NCBI GenBank assembly: GCA_963742865.1 | Contig: CAVUNW010000044.1 | Span: 22,436 to 86,435, forward strand | DNA length: 64,000 bases | Source: an uncultured Actinomycetes bacterium | GTDB taxonomy: Bacteria; Actinomycetota; Actinomycetes; Streptosporangiales; Streptosporangiaceae | Direction of reading: 5' to 3' | Shown here: positions 29,983 to 41,623 of the stretch, piece after piece | Layout of the letters: each line of letters begins with the position of its first letter | Position numbering within the stretch: the stretch's first letter is position 1 | Translations under genes and position numbers: made by a program | The notes under the pieces: model-generated | Databases searched by the model: none | What the model was told of the DNA's origin: nothing | What the model saw: only the letters and a program-made list of their open reading frames with translations

Positions 29983-30285
29983 CTATTCCGCGCCCTCGGG
30001 CAGCAGCCGGGCCAGCGGCTGCCCCACGCTCACCGGGTCCCCGTCCTGCACCAGCCACTCGATGATCGCGCCGCGCCACGGCGGGATGATCGCGCGCCGG
30101 TCGCTGCGCGCCTCGACGTGGCCCACCTCTGTGCTGGTGCCGTCGGTGGGACCCGGGTCGGGGACAGTCCGGAAGGTGCCGCCCACCGGCGCGACCAGCA
30201 GCCGCCACTCCGGCAGAACACCGGCGCAGAGGGCGTCGTTCTCGGCGCTGTCTTCCAGCGGGGCAAGGTCGGGTGCGAGCGTCAT
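29983..30285 (-). CDS. small biotinyl/lipoyl-domain-like protein lacking any lysine
   Basis: LVAPVGGTFRT...VGHVEARSDRRAIIPPWRGAIIEWLVQDGDPVSVGQPLARL follows the BCCP hammerhead pattern, but EAMKM is replaced by EARSDRR. There are zero Lys in 100 aa. ATGA overlap with the fabD stop. Confidence 0.55.
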   Translation of the reverse strand: MTLAPDLAPLEDSAENDALCAGVLPEWRLLVAPVGGTFRTVPDPGPTDGTSTEVGHVEARSDRRAIIPPWRGAIIEWLVQDGDPVSVGQPLARLLPEGAE

Positions 30286-31241
30286 GCGTTCCTCCGCGGT
30301 GTGGTTTCCGTGGCGAGCAGCTTGCGCGCCGCCTCCAGGTCATCTGGGGTCTTCAGGGGCGCCACGGTCACCCCGGGCAGCGCCCGGCGGGCCAGGCCGG
30401 TGAGCGTGCCCGCCGGGGGCAGCTCGATCAGCGCGGTGACCTCGTGGCCGGCCATCGTCGCCATGCACTTGTCCCAGCGGACCGGCGTGGCGACCTGCCC
30501 GACGATGCGGTCCAGCCAGTCCGCGCCGGTGGTGACGACCGCTCCGTCCCGATTGGACAGCAGGGCGATCCGGGGATCGCCAACGGTCACGGTGGCCGCC
30601 GCCGCGCGCAGCGCGGCTACGGCGGGAGCCATGTGCACGGTGTGGAACGCGCCCGCGACCGGCAGCGGCCGCAGCCTCGCCCCGGCCGGCGGGTCCGCCG
30701 CGAGCGCGCCGAGCTGCGGGATCGTCCCGGCCGCCACGATCTGCCCCGCGCCGTTCACGTTCGCCGGGGTCAGGCCGTGCGCTTCGATGGCCGCCAGCAC
30801 GATGGCCTCGTCCCCGCCGAGCACCGCGGTCATCCCGGTCGGCTGGGCCGCCGCGGCCTCAGCCATCGCGCGCCCCCGCACCGCCACGAGCCGGAGCGCG
30901 TCAGCGGCGCTCAGCACCCCGGCGATCGCGCCGGCGGCCAGCTCGCCCACGCTGTGACCGGCCGCGGCGAGCCCGGGGCCCTCCACCGGGAGGTCCCCCT
31001 CGAAGAGGGCCGTCGCGGCCGCCAGCGCCGCCGCGACCAGCAGCGGCTGGGCGACGGCGGTGTCCTTGATCTCGTCGGCGCCAGCCGTGGTGCCGAACCG
31101 GATCAGGTCGAGGCCCGCCAGCTCGGACCAGGTGCCGAGGCGTGTCTCGACGCCGGGGACCTCGAGCCAGGGCGAGAGGAAGCCGGGGGCCTGGGCCCCC
31201 TGGCCGGGAGCGGTAATGACGAGCACGTTCCCAGCCTGCAC
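30282..31241 (-). CDS. fabD: ACP S-malonyltransferase FabD
   Basis: APGQGAQAPGF, GHSVGELAA (active-site Ser), and AGAFHT. The start is GTG 31241 or GTG 31226. Confidence 0.85.
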   Translation of the reverse strand: MQAGNVLVITAPGQGAQAPGFLSPWLEVPGVETRLGTWSELAGLDLIRFGTTAGADEIKDTAVAQPLLVAAALAAATALFEGDLPVEGPGLAAAGHSVGELAAGAIAGVLSAADALRLVAVRGRAMAEAAAAQPTGMTAVLGGDEAIVLAAIEAHGLTPANVNGAGQIVAAGTIPQLGALAADPPAGARLRPLPVAGAFHTVHMAPAVAALRAAAATVTVGDPRIALLSNRDGAVVTTGADWLDRIVGQVATPVRWDKCMATMAGHEVTALIELPPAGTLTGLARRALPGVTVAPLKTPDDLEAARKLLATETTPRRNA

Positions 31242-31440
31242 TGTAGGAGTCCGCTACTCCTACGACAGAGGTGACGAAGTTTTCCCGGGAAAGTTTGTAC
31301 CCTTACGACAAATAGCGTTTACCCACGCGTCACCGTCCCGTTGCCGTCCGCTGCACGGGCGCACCCGGGCACCCCGGTTGATGCCGCCGCCTCGTGCCGC
31401 CGTTTCCGGCGGGAGGTATGCGGGAGGTATAGCGTCTGAC

Positions 31441-31965
31441 ATGTCAGGCCCGGAACGTCTCGCCCTATCAGGAACGGGATCACTGATGGCTGAACACATG
31501 AGCGACGCGCAAACGGCCGCGCAGGCCGGCCACTCGCAGCCGCAATCGCCCCTGGAGCCATTCGGCGGAGCCGAAAGCTGGAAGCTGATCTCGGCGGGCG
31601 GCGTCGGCCGGATCGGCTACTCCGGCCGCTACGGCCCGACCATCCTCCCCGTCAACTTCATGGTTCAGGACAACGCGATCTACTTCCGCACCGCGCGGCA
31701 CTCCACCATGGAGGAGGATCTGCGCACCGGCATCGCGAACGCCGACTACAAGGTCGCGTTCCAGATCGATCATTTCGACGAAACGGCGCACGCCGGCTGG
31801 AGTGTCCTCGTCCAGGGCGACGTCCACCCCATGGAGTCCGACGAGGAGCTCGCGACGGCTTCCCAGGTCGGCGTGGAGTCCTGGGTCGCCGGTGACCGTG
31901 ACCTGTTCATGCGGATCACCCCCACCAAGGTCACCGGTCACCGCATCGGCCAGCTTCCCGGCTAG
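31441..31965 (+). CDS. pyridoxamine 5'-phosphate oxidase family protein
   Basis: GRIGYSGRYGPTILPVNFMVQDNAIYFRTA...WSVLVQG...FMRITPTKVTGHRI. The start is uncertain (ATG 31441, 31486 or 31498). Confidence 0.65.
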   Translation: MSGPERLALSGTGSLMAEHMSDAQTAAQAGHSQPQSPLEPFGGAESWKLISAGGVGRIGYSGRYGPTILPVNFMVQDNAIYFRTARHSTMEEDLRTGIANADYKVAFQIDHFDETAHAGWSVLVQGDVHPMESDEELATASQVGVESWVAGDRDLFMRITPTKVTGHRIGQLPG

Positions 31966-31983
31966 CGCCCCGGCACCGGACGA

Positions 31984-33216
31984 TCAGGCGGGCTTGGCGG
32001 CGAGACGGCCGAGGATGACCGACGTCCACAGGGCGAACGCATCGCGGCCGTCGGACGGGCTGTAGCCGGTGAGCTCGGTCACCCGGCGGAGCCGGTAGCG
32101 GACGGTGTTGGCGTGGACGAACAGCATCCGCGCCGTGGCCTCCAGGGATGACCCCTGCTCCAGGTAGGTGGTGAGCGTGTCCACCAGGGCCGAGCCCCCG
32201 GCCAGCAACGGCTCGTACACCTGCGTGACCAGCTCGGCACGCGCGTCGGCGTCGCCGTCCAGGGCCCGTTCCGGCAGCAGTTCATCCGCGCTGACCGGCC
32301 GGGGGGCGTCCGGCCACGCGGCCGCCGCGCGCAGCCCGGCCAGCGCGGCGCGCGCCGAGCTGGCCGCGGACTGCAGGTCGGGGACGACCGGCCCGACCAC
32401 GAGCGGGCCGGCGCCGAACCGCCCGGCGAACCGCTCGGCCGCGCTGAGGGGGTCGTCCGTGCCGCCGAGCAGGACCACCAGGCGGCTGCCCTGCACGCCG
32501 GCCAGTACGTCCAGGCGGGCGCGCTTGACGTCCGTGCGCAGGTCATCGATCAGCGAGGCGGTGGTCTCCTCGCCCTCGACCAGGCCGGCGATGACGGCGA
32601 CGGGGGAGGAGGACCAGTTCAGCGCGGATGCCCACGAGCGCAGCGACTCCTGGGTCTCGCCCCGTACCAGCGAATCGACGACGAGGGCCTCCAGCCGGGC
32701 GTCCCACGCTCCCCGCGCCTCCGCGGTCCGCGCGTAGACCTGCGCCGCGCCGAACGCGACCTCCCGGGTGTACCGGAGCACGGCCTCGCGCAGCTCGGGC
32801 TCGCCGCCCGGCGCCGCCAGCTCGTCGACCTGCGCCTCTACCACGTCGATGATGACGCGCACCATCTCCACTGCCTGCTGCAGGCTGACCGCCCGGGCCA
32901 GCTCGCGTGGCGCGGTGCCGAACACCTCGCCCGCGACCGCGGGGCGGTCCCGTTCGGGGTGGCGGATCCAGTCCACGAACGCGGCGATGCCCGCCTGCGC
33001 GACCAGCCCGAGCCAGGACCGGTTCTCCGCCGACATGGCCCGGAACCATGGCAGCCGCTTGTCCATCGACGTGATGGCCGCGCTGCCGAGGCTGCCCATC
33101 GACCGCTCGATGCGCGCCACGGTTTCCGGGTCAACCCGGCTGCCCTCGCCGGGCCGGGCGCCAGACCTGGCTTTCCGGCTGCCCCGCGGACGGCTGGTCT
33201 GCTCGCTGGTCGCCAT
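31984..33216 (-). CDS. PucR-family transcriptional regulator (FasR/MabR-like by position next to the FAS-II operon)
   Basis: C-terminal HTH LEATARMLFVHANTVRYRLRRVTELTG. Mycobacterial mabR and Streptomyces fasR sit beside fabD (established knowledge). Confidence 0.75.
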   Translation of the reverse strand: MATSEQTSRPRGSRKARSGARPGEGSRVDPETVARIERSMGSLGSAAITSMDKRLPWFRAMSAENRSWLGLVAQAGIAAFVDWIRHPERDRPAVAGEVFGTAPRELARAVSLQQAVEMVRVIIDVVEAQVDELAAPGGEPELREAVLRYTREVAFGAAQVYARTAEARGAWDARLEALVVDSLVRGETQESLRSWASALNWSSSPVAVIAGLVEGEETTASLIDDLRTDVKRARLDVLAGVQGSRLVVLLGGTDDPLSAAERFAGRFGAGPLVVGPVVPDLQSAASSARAALAGLRAAAAWPDAPRPVSADELLPERALDGDADARAELVTQVYEPLLAGGSALVDTLTTYLEQGSSLEATARMLFVHANTVRYRLRRVTELTGYSPSDGRDAFALWTSVILGRLAAKPA

Positions 33217-33236
33217 GCGCCTAGAGTGTCACGTTT

Positions 33237-33647
33237 ATGGAGACAGAGATCATCCAGGTTCACACCGGCAGCCGCGAAGGCGCGACCGACATCACGAGCC
33301 AGTGCGCGGACTTCGCCTCCAGCGCGTCTAGCGGCGGTGACGGCCTGCTGCACGTGTTCGTCCCGCACGCCACGGCCGGGCTCGCGCTGATCGAGCTCGG
33401 CTCGTCCAGCGACCGTGACCTGCTCGCCGTCCTGGCGGAGTTCCTGCCGGCCGATGACCGCTGGCGGCACGCGCACGGCTCCCGCGGGCACGGCCGGTCG
33501 CACGTTCTGCCCGCCTTCGTTCCGCCCTACGCCACCGTCCCGGTCGTCGGCGGGCGGCTGGCCCTGGGCACCTGGCAGTCCATCGCGCTGGTCGACCTGA
33601 ACGTCGACAACCACACCCGCCAGGTCCGCCTGTCCTTCCTTGGCTGA
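33237..33647 (+). CDS. YjbQ/UPF0047 family secondary thiamine-phosphate synthase
   Basis: GLLHVFVPHATAGLALIE and HVLPAFVPPYATVPVVGGRLALGTWQSIALVDL. Confidence 0.85.
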   Translation: METEIIQVHTGSREGATDITSQCADFASSASSGGDGLLHVFVPHATAGLALIELGSSSDRDLLAVLAEFLPADDRWRHAHGSRGHGRSHVLPAFVPPYATVPVVGGRLALGTWQSIALVDLNVDNHTRQVRLSFLG

Positions 33648-33663
33648 ACGCCTCGGCTGGCGG

Positions 33664-34224
33664 TCAGGCGTCTTCTTCCGGCCAGAGCCGGATACTGCGG
33701 TCGGCCGCCTCAAGGATCAGCGCCGCGTCGAGTTCCGCCCGCGTCTCCGGGATCCCGAGTGCAGGCCACTCGCAGACGAACTCCAGCGGGCCCTTGGGCG
33801 GCAGCGGCCACGCCCACCACCGGGACAGGAACGAGAGCGGTGTGCCGCCGCCCGCGAACGCCTGCAGCAGGGGCCCCTCCGGCTCCTCTTCATGGCCGCG
33901 GGGCGGCCGCCGGCCGTGGCGGCCGACCACCTTGCGGCCGTCGGGCAACTGCAGGCCGAAGCGGAACGAGTGCCGGGCCCCGCCCAGCCCGGGCCCGGCT
34001 TCGTCACCGTCGTCCGGCCGGAAGCGCGCGGTGAGCTGGATCTCGAATCCATTCCTGAACGCGGCCAGCCCGGTGATGGCCACGGCAGCCCGGTTACTGC
34101 GGCCGATGAGCACCGCGTCGATGGACACGATGCCGGGGAACTCCGCCTCAGGCGGATCCCATGGATGATGATGCCGCCAGAGCGGCTCCGGCACGGGAGC
34201 CGGTGCGTCGTCGAAGAATCCCAT
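33664..34224 (-). CDS. hypothetical protein
   Basis: 186 aa starting at MGFFDDAPAP (ATG 34224). No recognisable domain. The codon pattern is coding-like. Confidence 0.45.
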   Translation of the reverse strand: MGFFDDAPAPVPEPLWRHHHPWDPPEAEFPGIVSIDAVLIGRSNRAAVAITGLAAFRNGFEIQLTARFRPDDGDEAGPGLGGARHSFRFGLQLPDGRKVVGRHGRRPPRGHEEEPEGPLLQAFAGGGTPLSFLSRWWAWPLPPKGPLEFVCEWPALGIPETRAELDAALILEAADRSIRLWPEEDA

Positions 34225-34257
34225 GCGGCCACCATCAGCCCGGCTTCCCGCCACCGC

Positions 34258-34424
34258 AACTGGTTTTCCGCCGCCCCCTCCATGGACCCGAACGAGGACC
34301 TGACCGTTATCGTGCTCACCCAGCGCATGTTCGAGTCCGGCGAGCCCCCGGCCCTGCACACCGACTACCAGGCCGCCGCCTACGCCGCCCTGGGTAAGCA
34401 CGTTCCCAGGGCGGCGGGCGGACC

Positions 34425-34428
<4 letters not shown>
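34258..34428 (+). pseudogene. C-terminal remnant of a serine hydrolase / beta-lactamase-family gene
   Basis: NWFSAAPSMDPNEDLTVIVLTQRMFESGEPPALHTDYQAAAYAAL resembles the ..VDPxxDLxVVxLTQ...DF...Y.AL tails of that family. No N-terminal part is present. Confidence 0.3.
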
Positions 34429-37376
<2,948 letters not shown>

Positions 37377-37502
37377 GGGGTAGCCTCGCCTTCCGCTAGT
37401 TCAGGGCGGCTGTACGCCGCGGTTTTTCGATGATGTCCAGACCAATCGTCCTGCGTTTGGCCAGGAATTGCATCTCTACTACACGGTAACCGCGCGGAGG
37501 AC

Positions 37503-37603
37503 GTAGTCCGGGGGACGACCCCCGAACCCCCAGTGTTAGCCCGGGGGGACGACCCCCCGGAGCCCCGTGTTAGCCCGGGGGGACGCCCCCCCGGACCCCC
37601 CGC
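37503..37603. repeat. three tandem units of about 34 bp, each containing the hairpin CCGGGGGG-ACGA-CCCCCCGG
   Basis: gtagtccgggggacgacccccgaacccccagt / gttagcccggggggacgaccccccggagccccgt / gttagcccggggggacgcccccccggaccccccgc. The array lies 127-227 nt upstream of the aceE start. Confidence 0.7.
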
Positions 37604-37948
37604 ATGCGCTCCGCGCTCCGCGGTGGTACTTCGCCGACACACCGGCCACTCGCCGGGCCTGACGGCCCGGACTTGCTGGGCCGGTAACGGTCGCCTCGCC
37701 GTAACCTGTACCGGGTTAACGGGCCGTCCCGGTGGGTGGTTCCGGGGCCGGCGGAAACCAAATTGTGTTGGCAGTTTTGGGCTGGAGCGGCGATTGGCAC
37801 TTGCGCGGCGCGCCAGGTGCGTGTGAACTGTCCCAACAAGTAGTGCGGACGCGGTCATCGCCGCCAGGACCAGACCACGGTACGGAGCCGTGGGGCATGG
37901 TCCGGCCCGGAGGGAGCGATGGCGCGGGGAGGGTGCAGGAGGACGTCA

Positions 37949-38377
37949 GTGAGCGCGACCGCGGGCCAGGCCCAGGATCAACGCGGCCAGGCCGAACGGC
38001 TCGGTATCAAGCCGGGCCAGGTGGTGCAGGAGATCGGCTATGACGACGATTGCGACGAGGATCTGCGCGACGCGATCGGCGATGTGGACGGCGTGGAGCT
38101 TGTCGGCGAGGACTATGACGATGTCGTCAACGTCGTCCTGCTGTGGTGGCGGGACGAAGACGGAGACCTGGTCGACGCCCTGGTCGACGCGCTGACACCG
38201 CTGACCGACGGGGGGTACATCTGGCTGCTGACGCCGAAAGCAGGCCGGCCGGGCCACGTCGAGCCGAGTGACATCGGCGAGGCGGCCCCGACCGCGGGAC
38301 TGTCACAGACGTCGAGCATCAGCGCGGCCCGTGACTGGTCCGGGTCCCGGCTGGTGGCCCCGCGCGCACGGCGCTGA
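37949..38377 (+). CDS. DUF3052 family protein (Rv2239c-like)
   Basis: LGIKPGQVVQEIGYDDDCDEDLRDAI and VVLLWWRDEDGDLVDALVDA. GTG 37949 lies 7 nt after AGGAGG. Confidence 0.8.
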   Translation: MSATAGQAQDQRGQAERLGIKPGQVVQEIGYDDDCDEDLRDAIGDVDGVELVGEDYDDVVNVVLLWWRDEDGDLVDALVDALTPLTDGGYIWLLTPKAGRPGHVEPSDIGEAAPTAGLSQTSSISAARDWSGSRLVAPRARR

Positions 38378-38594
38378 CCGTTTCTGCTGCCCGGCGTTTC
38401 GGCGGCGGCCGCCCGTCGGCCTGACCGGTCGGCCGGGGATGGCAGACTTAGCGGCAGCAACCATTGTGCGTGCCCGCCATGCGTTATGCCCCCGTGCTTC
38501 CCCGGCGCCGTGCCCGCGTGGCACAGTGCTGGCGGTGACGCTGGGGCCCGGTATGGCCCGGGCGCGTCCAGCGTCCTACGGAAAGGACCCCGGC

Positions 38595-39056
38595 ATGGCG
38601 GTAGAGATTGGTGAGCACGCACCCGACTTCGAGCTGGCAGACCAGCACGGTACGACGGTGAAGCTGTCGGACTTCCGGGGCTCGAAGAACGTTGTGCTGA
38701 TCTTCTACCCGCTGGCGTTCAGCCCGGTGTGCAGCACCGAACTGTTCGCGGCGCGCGACGGGTTCCCCGAGGTCTCGCGCGACGACGTCGAACTGCTGAC
38801 CGTCTCGGTCGACTCCATGTACACCCACCGGGCCTGGGCGGACACCGAACATTTCAATTTCGGACTGCTGTCGGACTTCTGGCCGCACGGTGCGGTGGCG
38901 AAGTCCTATGGTGTCTTCGACGATGACCGGGGCCTGGCCACTCGCGGGACCTTCATCATCGACAAGGCGGGCGTTGTGCGGTGGAAGATCGTGAACCCGA
39001 TTCCGCAGGCGCGCGACATCAGCGACTACCAGAAGGCGCTGGCTGAGCTGGACTGA
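38595..39056 (+). CDS. peroxiredoxin (AhpE-like)
   Basis: APDFELADQHG..VVLIFYPLAFSPVCSTEL (peroxidatic Cys) and RGTFIIDKAG. Confidence 0.85.
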   Translation: MAVEIGEHAPDFELADQHGTTVKLSDFRGSKNVVLIFYPLAFSPVCSTELFAARDGFPEVSRDDVELLTVSVDSMYTHRAWADTEHFNFGLLSDFWPHGAVAKSYGVFDDDRGLATRGTFIIDKAGVVRWKIVNPIPQARDISDYQKALAELD

Positions 39057-39153
39057 ATTTCCCGTTCCGGCCGCGCCGTGTGATCTGGGAAACCTTGCTG
39101 ATCTGGGGAACTCACGGGGCGCCCGGGCGGGCGCACGGGCACGATTGGAGTAG

Positions 39154-39576
39154 ATGGCGGGGATGCCCTGCTACCACTGCGGGACGCGGCAGGTGGACCC
39201 GGACCGGGGCGAGAGCCCGTGGCGACGGGGAGTGCTGCGCGATCATCAGATACTCGTCTGTCCCCGGTGCCAGACGCTGCGCGACTGGACCGAGGAACTG
39301 GACCGGTGCGGCCGCTGCGCCAGCGCCCACCTGGTCCGCCGGCTGGACGAGGTGGAGTGCCGTGACTGCGGGCTCATCCGGCTGACTGGCGCCGAGGGCG
39401 ACCCGGGCGCGGCTCACATCTGCGCCGTCCCGGCGTCCGGGGCTACCGGGGCTGAGGTCCCGGCGGCGCGGGAGGCCCGCATGCCGGCCTCACCGGATCC
39501 GGAGCTGGCGGCGGAGGTCGAGCGGGCCCTGGCCAAGGTGCTGGGCAAGACGGCCAAGATCGTCGCTGCGTCGTAA
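39154..39576 (+). CDS. hypothetical protein with four CxxC motifs (double zinc-ribbon-like)
   Basis: CYHC, CPRC, CGRC and CRDC within the first 75 aa. GGAG lies 5 nt upstream of the ATG. Confidence 0.5.
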   Translation: MAGMPCYHCGTRQVDPDRGESPWRRGVLRDHQILVCPRCQTLRDWTEELDRCGRCASAHLVRRLDEVECRDCGLIRLTGAEGDPGAAHICAVPASGATGAEVPAAREARMPASPDPELAAEVERALAKVLGKTAKIVAAS

Positions 39577-39652
39577 GCTCCGGCCGCGCGGCTAGCCTTG
39601 CCCGGGCTGTTCGCGTCGAGCACGACGCGGACGGCGGGCTTGCGGTCGCCGC

Positions 39653-39805
39653 CGCGGCGTCGCTCCCTCCGCGATCGGCTTCGTGCTGTGGGCGTGCGCC
39701 CTGGCGCGGATGGACGTCGGCCGGGCGACGATCGCCCTGTATCTGGTGCCGGCCGCCGCCATCCTCATCGCGCTGGTCTGGCTGGGCCAGGTTCCGGGCG
39801 CCAGT
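39653..39805 (+). pseudogene. C-terminal remnant of an EamA/DMT-family transporter
   Basis: GVAPSAIGFVLWACALARMDVGRATIALYLVPAAAILIALVWLGQVP matches the last TM helices of EamA transporters. Nothing upstream corresponds to the first roughly 250 aa. Confidence 0.35.
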
Positions 39806-39854
39806 CAGGTTCCGGGCGCCAGTCAGGCTCCGGGCGCCGGTCAGGCCCAGGGCG
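39788..39854. repeat. 18-bp x 3.7 tandem repeat (CAGGTTCCGGGCGCCAGT)
   Basis: Read directly from the sequence. It overlaps the last codons and stop of the acyl-CoA synthetase gene (opposite strand) and the tail of the EamA remnant. Confidence 0.7.
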
Positions 39855-41445
39855 AGGTGACGGTGGCCCGGAGCTCGCGCTTGAGCACCTTGCCGCTGGC
39901 GTTCTTGGGCAGCGCGTCGACGAGGACCACGTGCTTGGGCACCTTGAAGGCGCCGAGCCGCTCGCGGCAGTGCCCGATTAGTTCCTCCGGCGTGGCCTGC
40001 TGGCCGTCCTTCACCACCACGGCCGCGGTCACCGCCTCGATCCAGCGCGGGTGGGACAGTCCGAACACCGCCACTTCGGCTACCGCTGGGTGCTGGTACA
40101 GCGCCTCTTCCACTTCCCGGCTGGCAACGTTCTCGCCGCCGGTCTTGATCATGTCTTTCTTGCGGTCCACCACGGTCAGGTAGCCCTCGGCGTCCAGCAC
40201 CCCCAGGTCGCCGCTGTGGAACCAGCCCCCGGCGAAGGCCTGCGCGGTGCGGTCCGGGTCCTGCCAGTAACCAAGCATCGCGTGCGGGCTGCGGTGCACG
40301 ATCTCACCGATCTCGCCGGCCGGCTGCGGGCGCCCGGCGTCGTCCACGACAAGCGTCTCGACGTTGAGAGCGGCGCGGCCCGCGGAACCCGCCTTGCGGA
40401 CCTGATCCGCGGGCTTGAGCACGGTGGCCAGCGGTCCCATCTCGGTCTGCCCGTAGAAGTTGAACAGCCGCACGCCGGGCAGCCGGGCGCTGATCTCCTT
40501 CAGCACCTCCACCGGCATGATCGACGCCCCGTAGTAGCCCTTGCGCAGTGAGGACAGGTCCCGGCGGTCGAAGTCCGGGTGGCGCAGCAGCGAGATCCAC
40601 ACCGTCGGCGGGCAGAACAGCTTGGTCGCGTGCTCGGCCTCCACCGCCTGCAGGATGATGGCGGGGTCGGCGCCGGGCAGCACCACGTTCGTCGCGCCGA
40701 GGTAGATCCCCGGCGTGAGGAAGCAGTGCAGCTGTGCGCAATGATAGAGCGGCAGCGAGTGCACTTCCACGTCGGCCCCGCTCATCTCCCCGTCCACCAC
40801 GCACGACACGTACTGCGCGATCAGGCTGCGGTGCGACAGCATGGCGCCCTTGGGCCGGGACTCGGTACCGCTGGTGTAGATCAGCTGGGCCAGGTCGTCA
40901 TCGGCCACGGTGACCGGCGGGGGAGTGCCGTCGTCGTGCGCCATCCAGTCCGTAACCGGCTCCCAGCCCGCGGGCGGCTGTTCGCCGCGCTCCAGGATCA
41001 CGCCGCGCACGGTCACGGCGCCGGCGTCACCGGCGCTGCTCGTCACGGCCTGCAGGGCCTGGTCGGCCACCGGCACCAGAGCGTCCTCGGCGATCAGCCC
41101 GACGGCGCCGGAATGCCCGAGCACGTAGCCGACCTCGGCGGGCGTCAGCATGAAGTTGATGGGCACGGAGACCGCGCCGAGCCGGGCCAGCGCGAAGTAG
41201 GCCACCACGAACGCGTGGTTGTTGTGGCTGAAAATCGCCACCCGGTCGCCGGGCCCGATCCCGCGCGCAGTCAGGGCGGCGGCGGTCCGGTTGACCGTGT
41301 TGTCGAGCTCGGCGTACGTCTGCCGCAGTCCGCGGAAGACGATGGCGGTCTTGCCGGGGTCGCGCGCCGCGGACCGGCGCAGCAGATCGCCGATCGACTG
41401 GCTCCGGGCGTGCGCGATGGGCGGCGGGAAGGTGTCGTCCGGCAT
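39841..41445 (-). CDS. AMP-dependent acyl-CoA synthetase / long-chain fatty-acid-CoA ligase
   Basis: YTSGTESRPKGAML (AMP-binding motif), GYWQDPDRT, WFHSGDLG and KTGGENVASREVE. Confidence 0.85.
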   Translation of the reverse strand: MPDDTFPPPIAHARSQSIGDLLRRSAARDPGKTAIVFRGLRQTYAELDNTVNRTAAALTARGIGPGDRVAIFSHNNHAFVVAYFALARLGAVSVPINFMLTPAEVGYVLGHSGAVGLIAEDALVPVADQALQAVTSSAGDAGAVTVRGVILERGEQPPAGWEPVTDWMAHDDGTPPPVTVADDDLAQLIYTSGTESRPKGAMLSHRSLIAQYVSCVVDGEMSGADVEVHSLPLYHCAQLHCFLTPGIYLGATNVVLPGADPAIILQAVEAEHATKLFCPPTVWISLLRHPDFDRRDLSSLRKGYYGASIMPVEVLKEISARLPGVRLFNFYGQTEMGPLATVLKPADQVRKAGSAGRAALNVETLVVDDAGRPQPAGEIGEIVHRSPHAMLGYWQDPDRTAQAFAGGWFHSGDLGVLDAEGYLTVVDRKKDMIKTGGENVASREVEEALYQHPAVAEVAVFGLSHPRWIEAVTAAVVVKDGQQATPEELIGHCRERLGAFKVPKHVVLVDALPKNASGKVLKRELRATVTSPWA

Positions 41446-41549
41446 GATCGCTCCTGGCGGCTGCGGCCGGCGCGGGCGCGCGGGAGAGTCCGCTGGTGAC
41501 AGCCTAAGCAGCCCGTGTCGTACACGTCATTCCCGGGGCAAATAGGCGC

Positions 41550-41574
41550 CCGGCGTCTACGGGGAAGACGCCGG
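41550..41574 (-). terminator. 9-bp stem / 7-nt loop hairpin 50 nt downstream of the membrane-protein gene
   Basis: CCGGCGTCT-acgggga-AGACGCCGG. Confidence 0.35.
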
Positions 41575-41623
41575 CCGGACGGGAGGCGGGCTGGCCGGAT
41601 GGGGTGGCCGGCCAGCGCTGCGG

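Noticed and set aside
29963-30010. ECF sigma (SigH/SigR-like) promoter reading of the 13-mer on the minus strand: GGAAT-N16-GTT
   Set aside because: The spacing is shorter than the N18 remembered for SigR/SigH promoters, and the other two motif copies lack any GGAA(T/C) element at the equivalent position.
37503-37603. Tandem arrays (also 28489-28569, 43578-43625, 61055-61139) considered as CRISPR arrays
   Set aside because: The units are directly adjacent with no unique spacers, the repeats are only 14-34 bp, and no cas genes are nearby.
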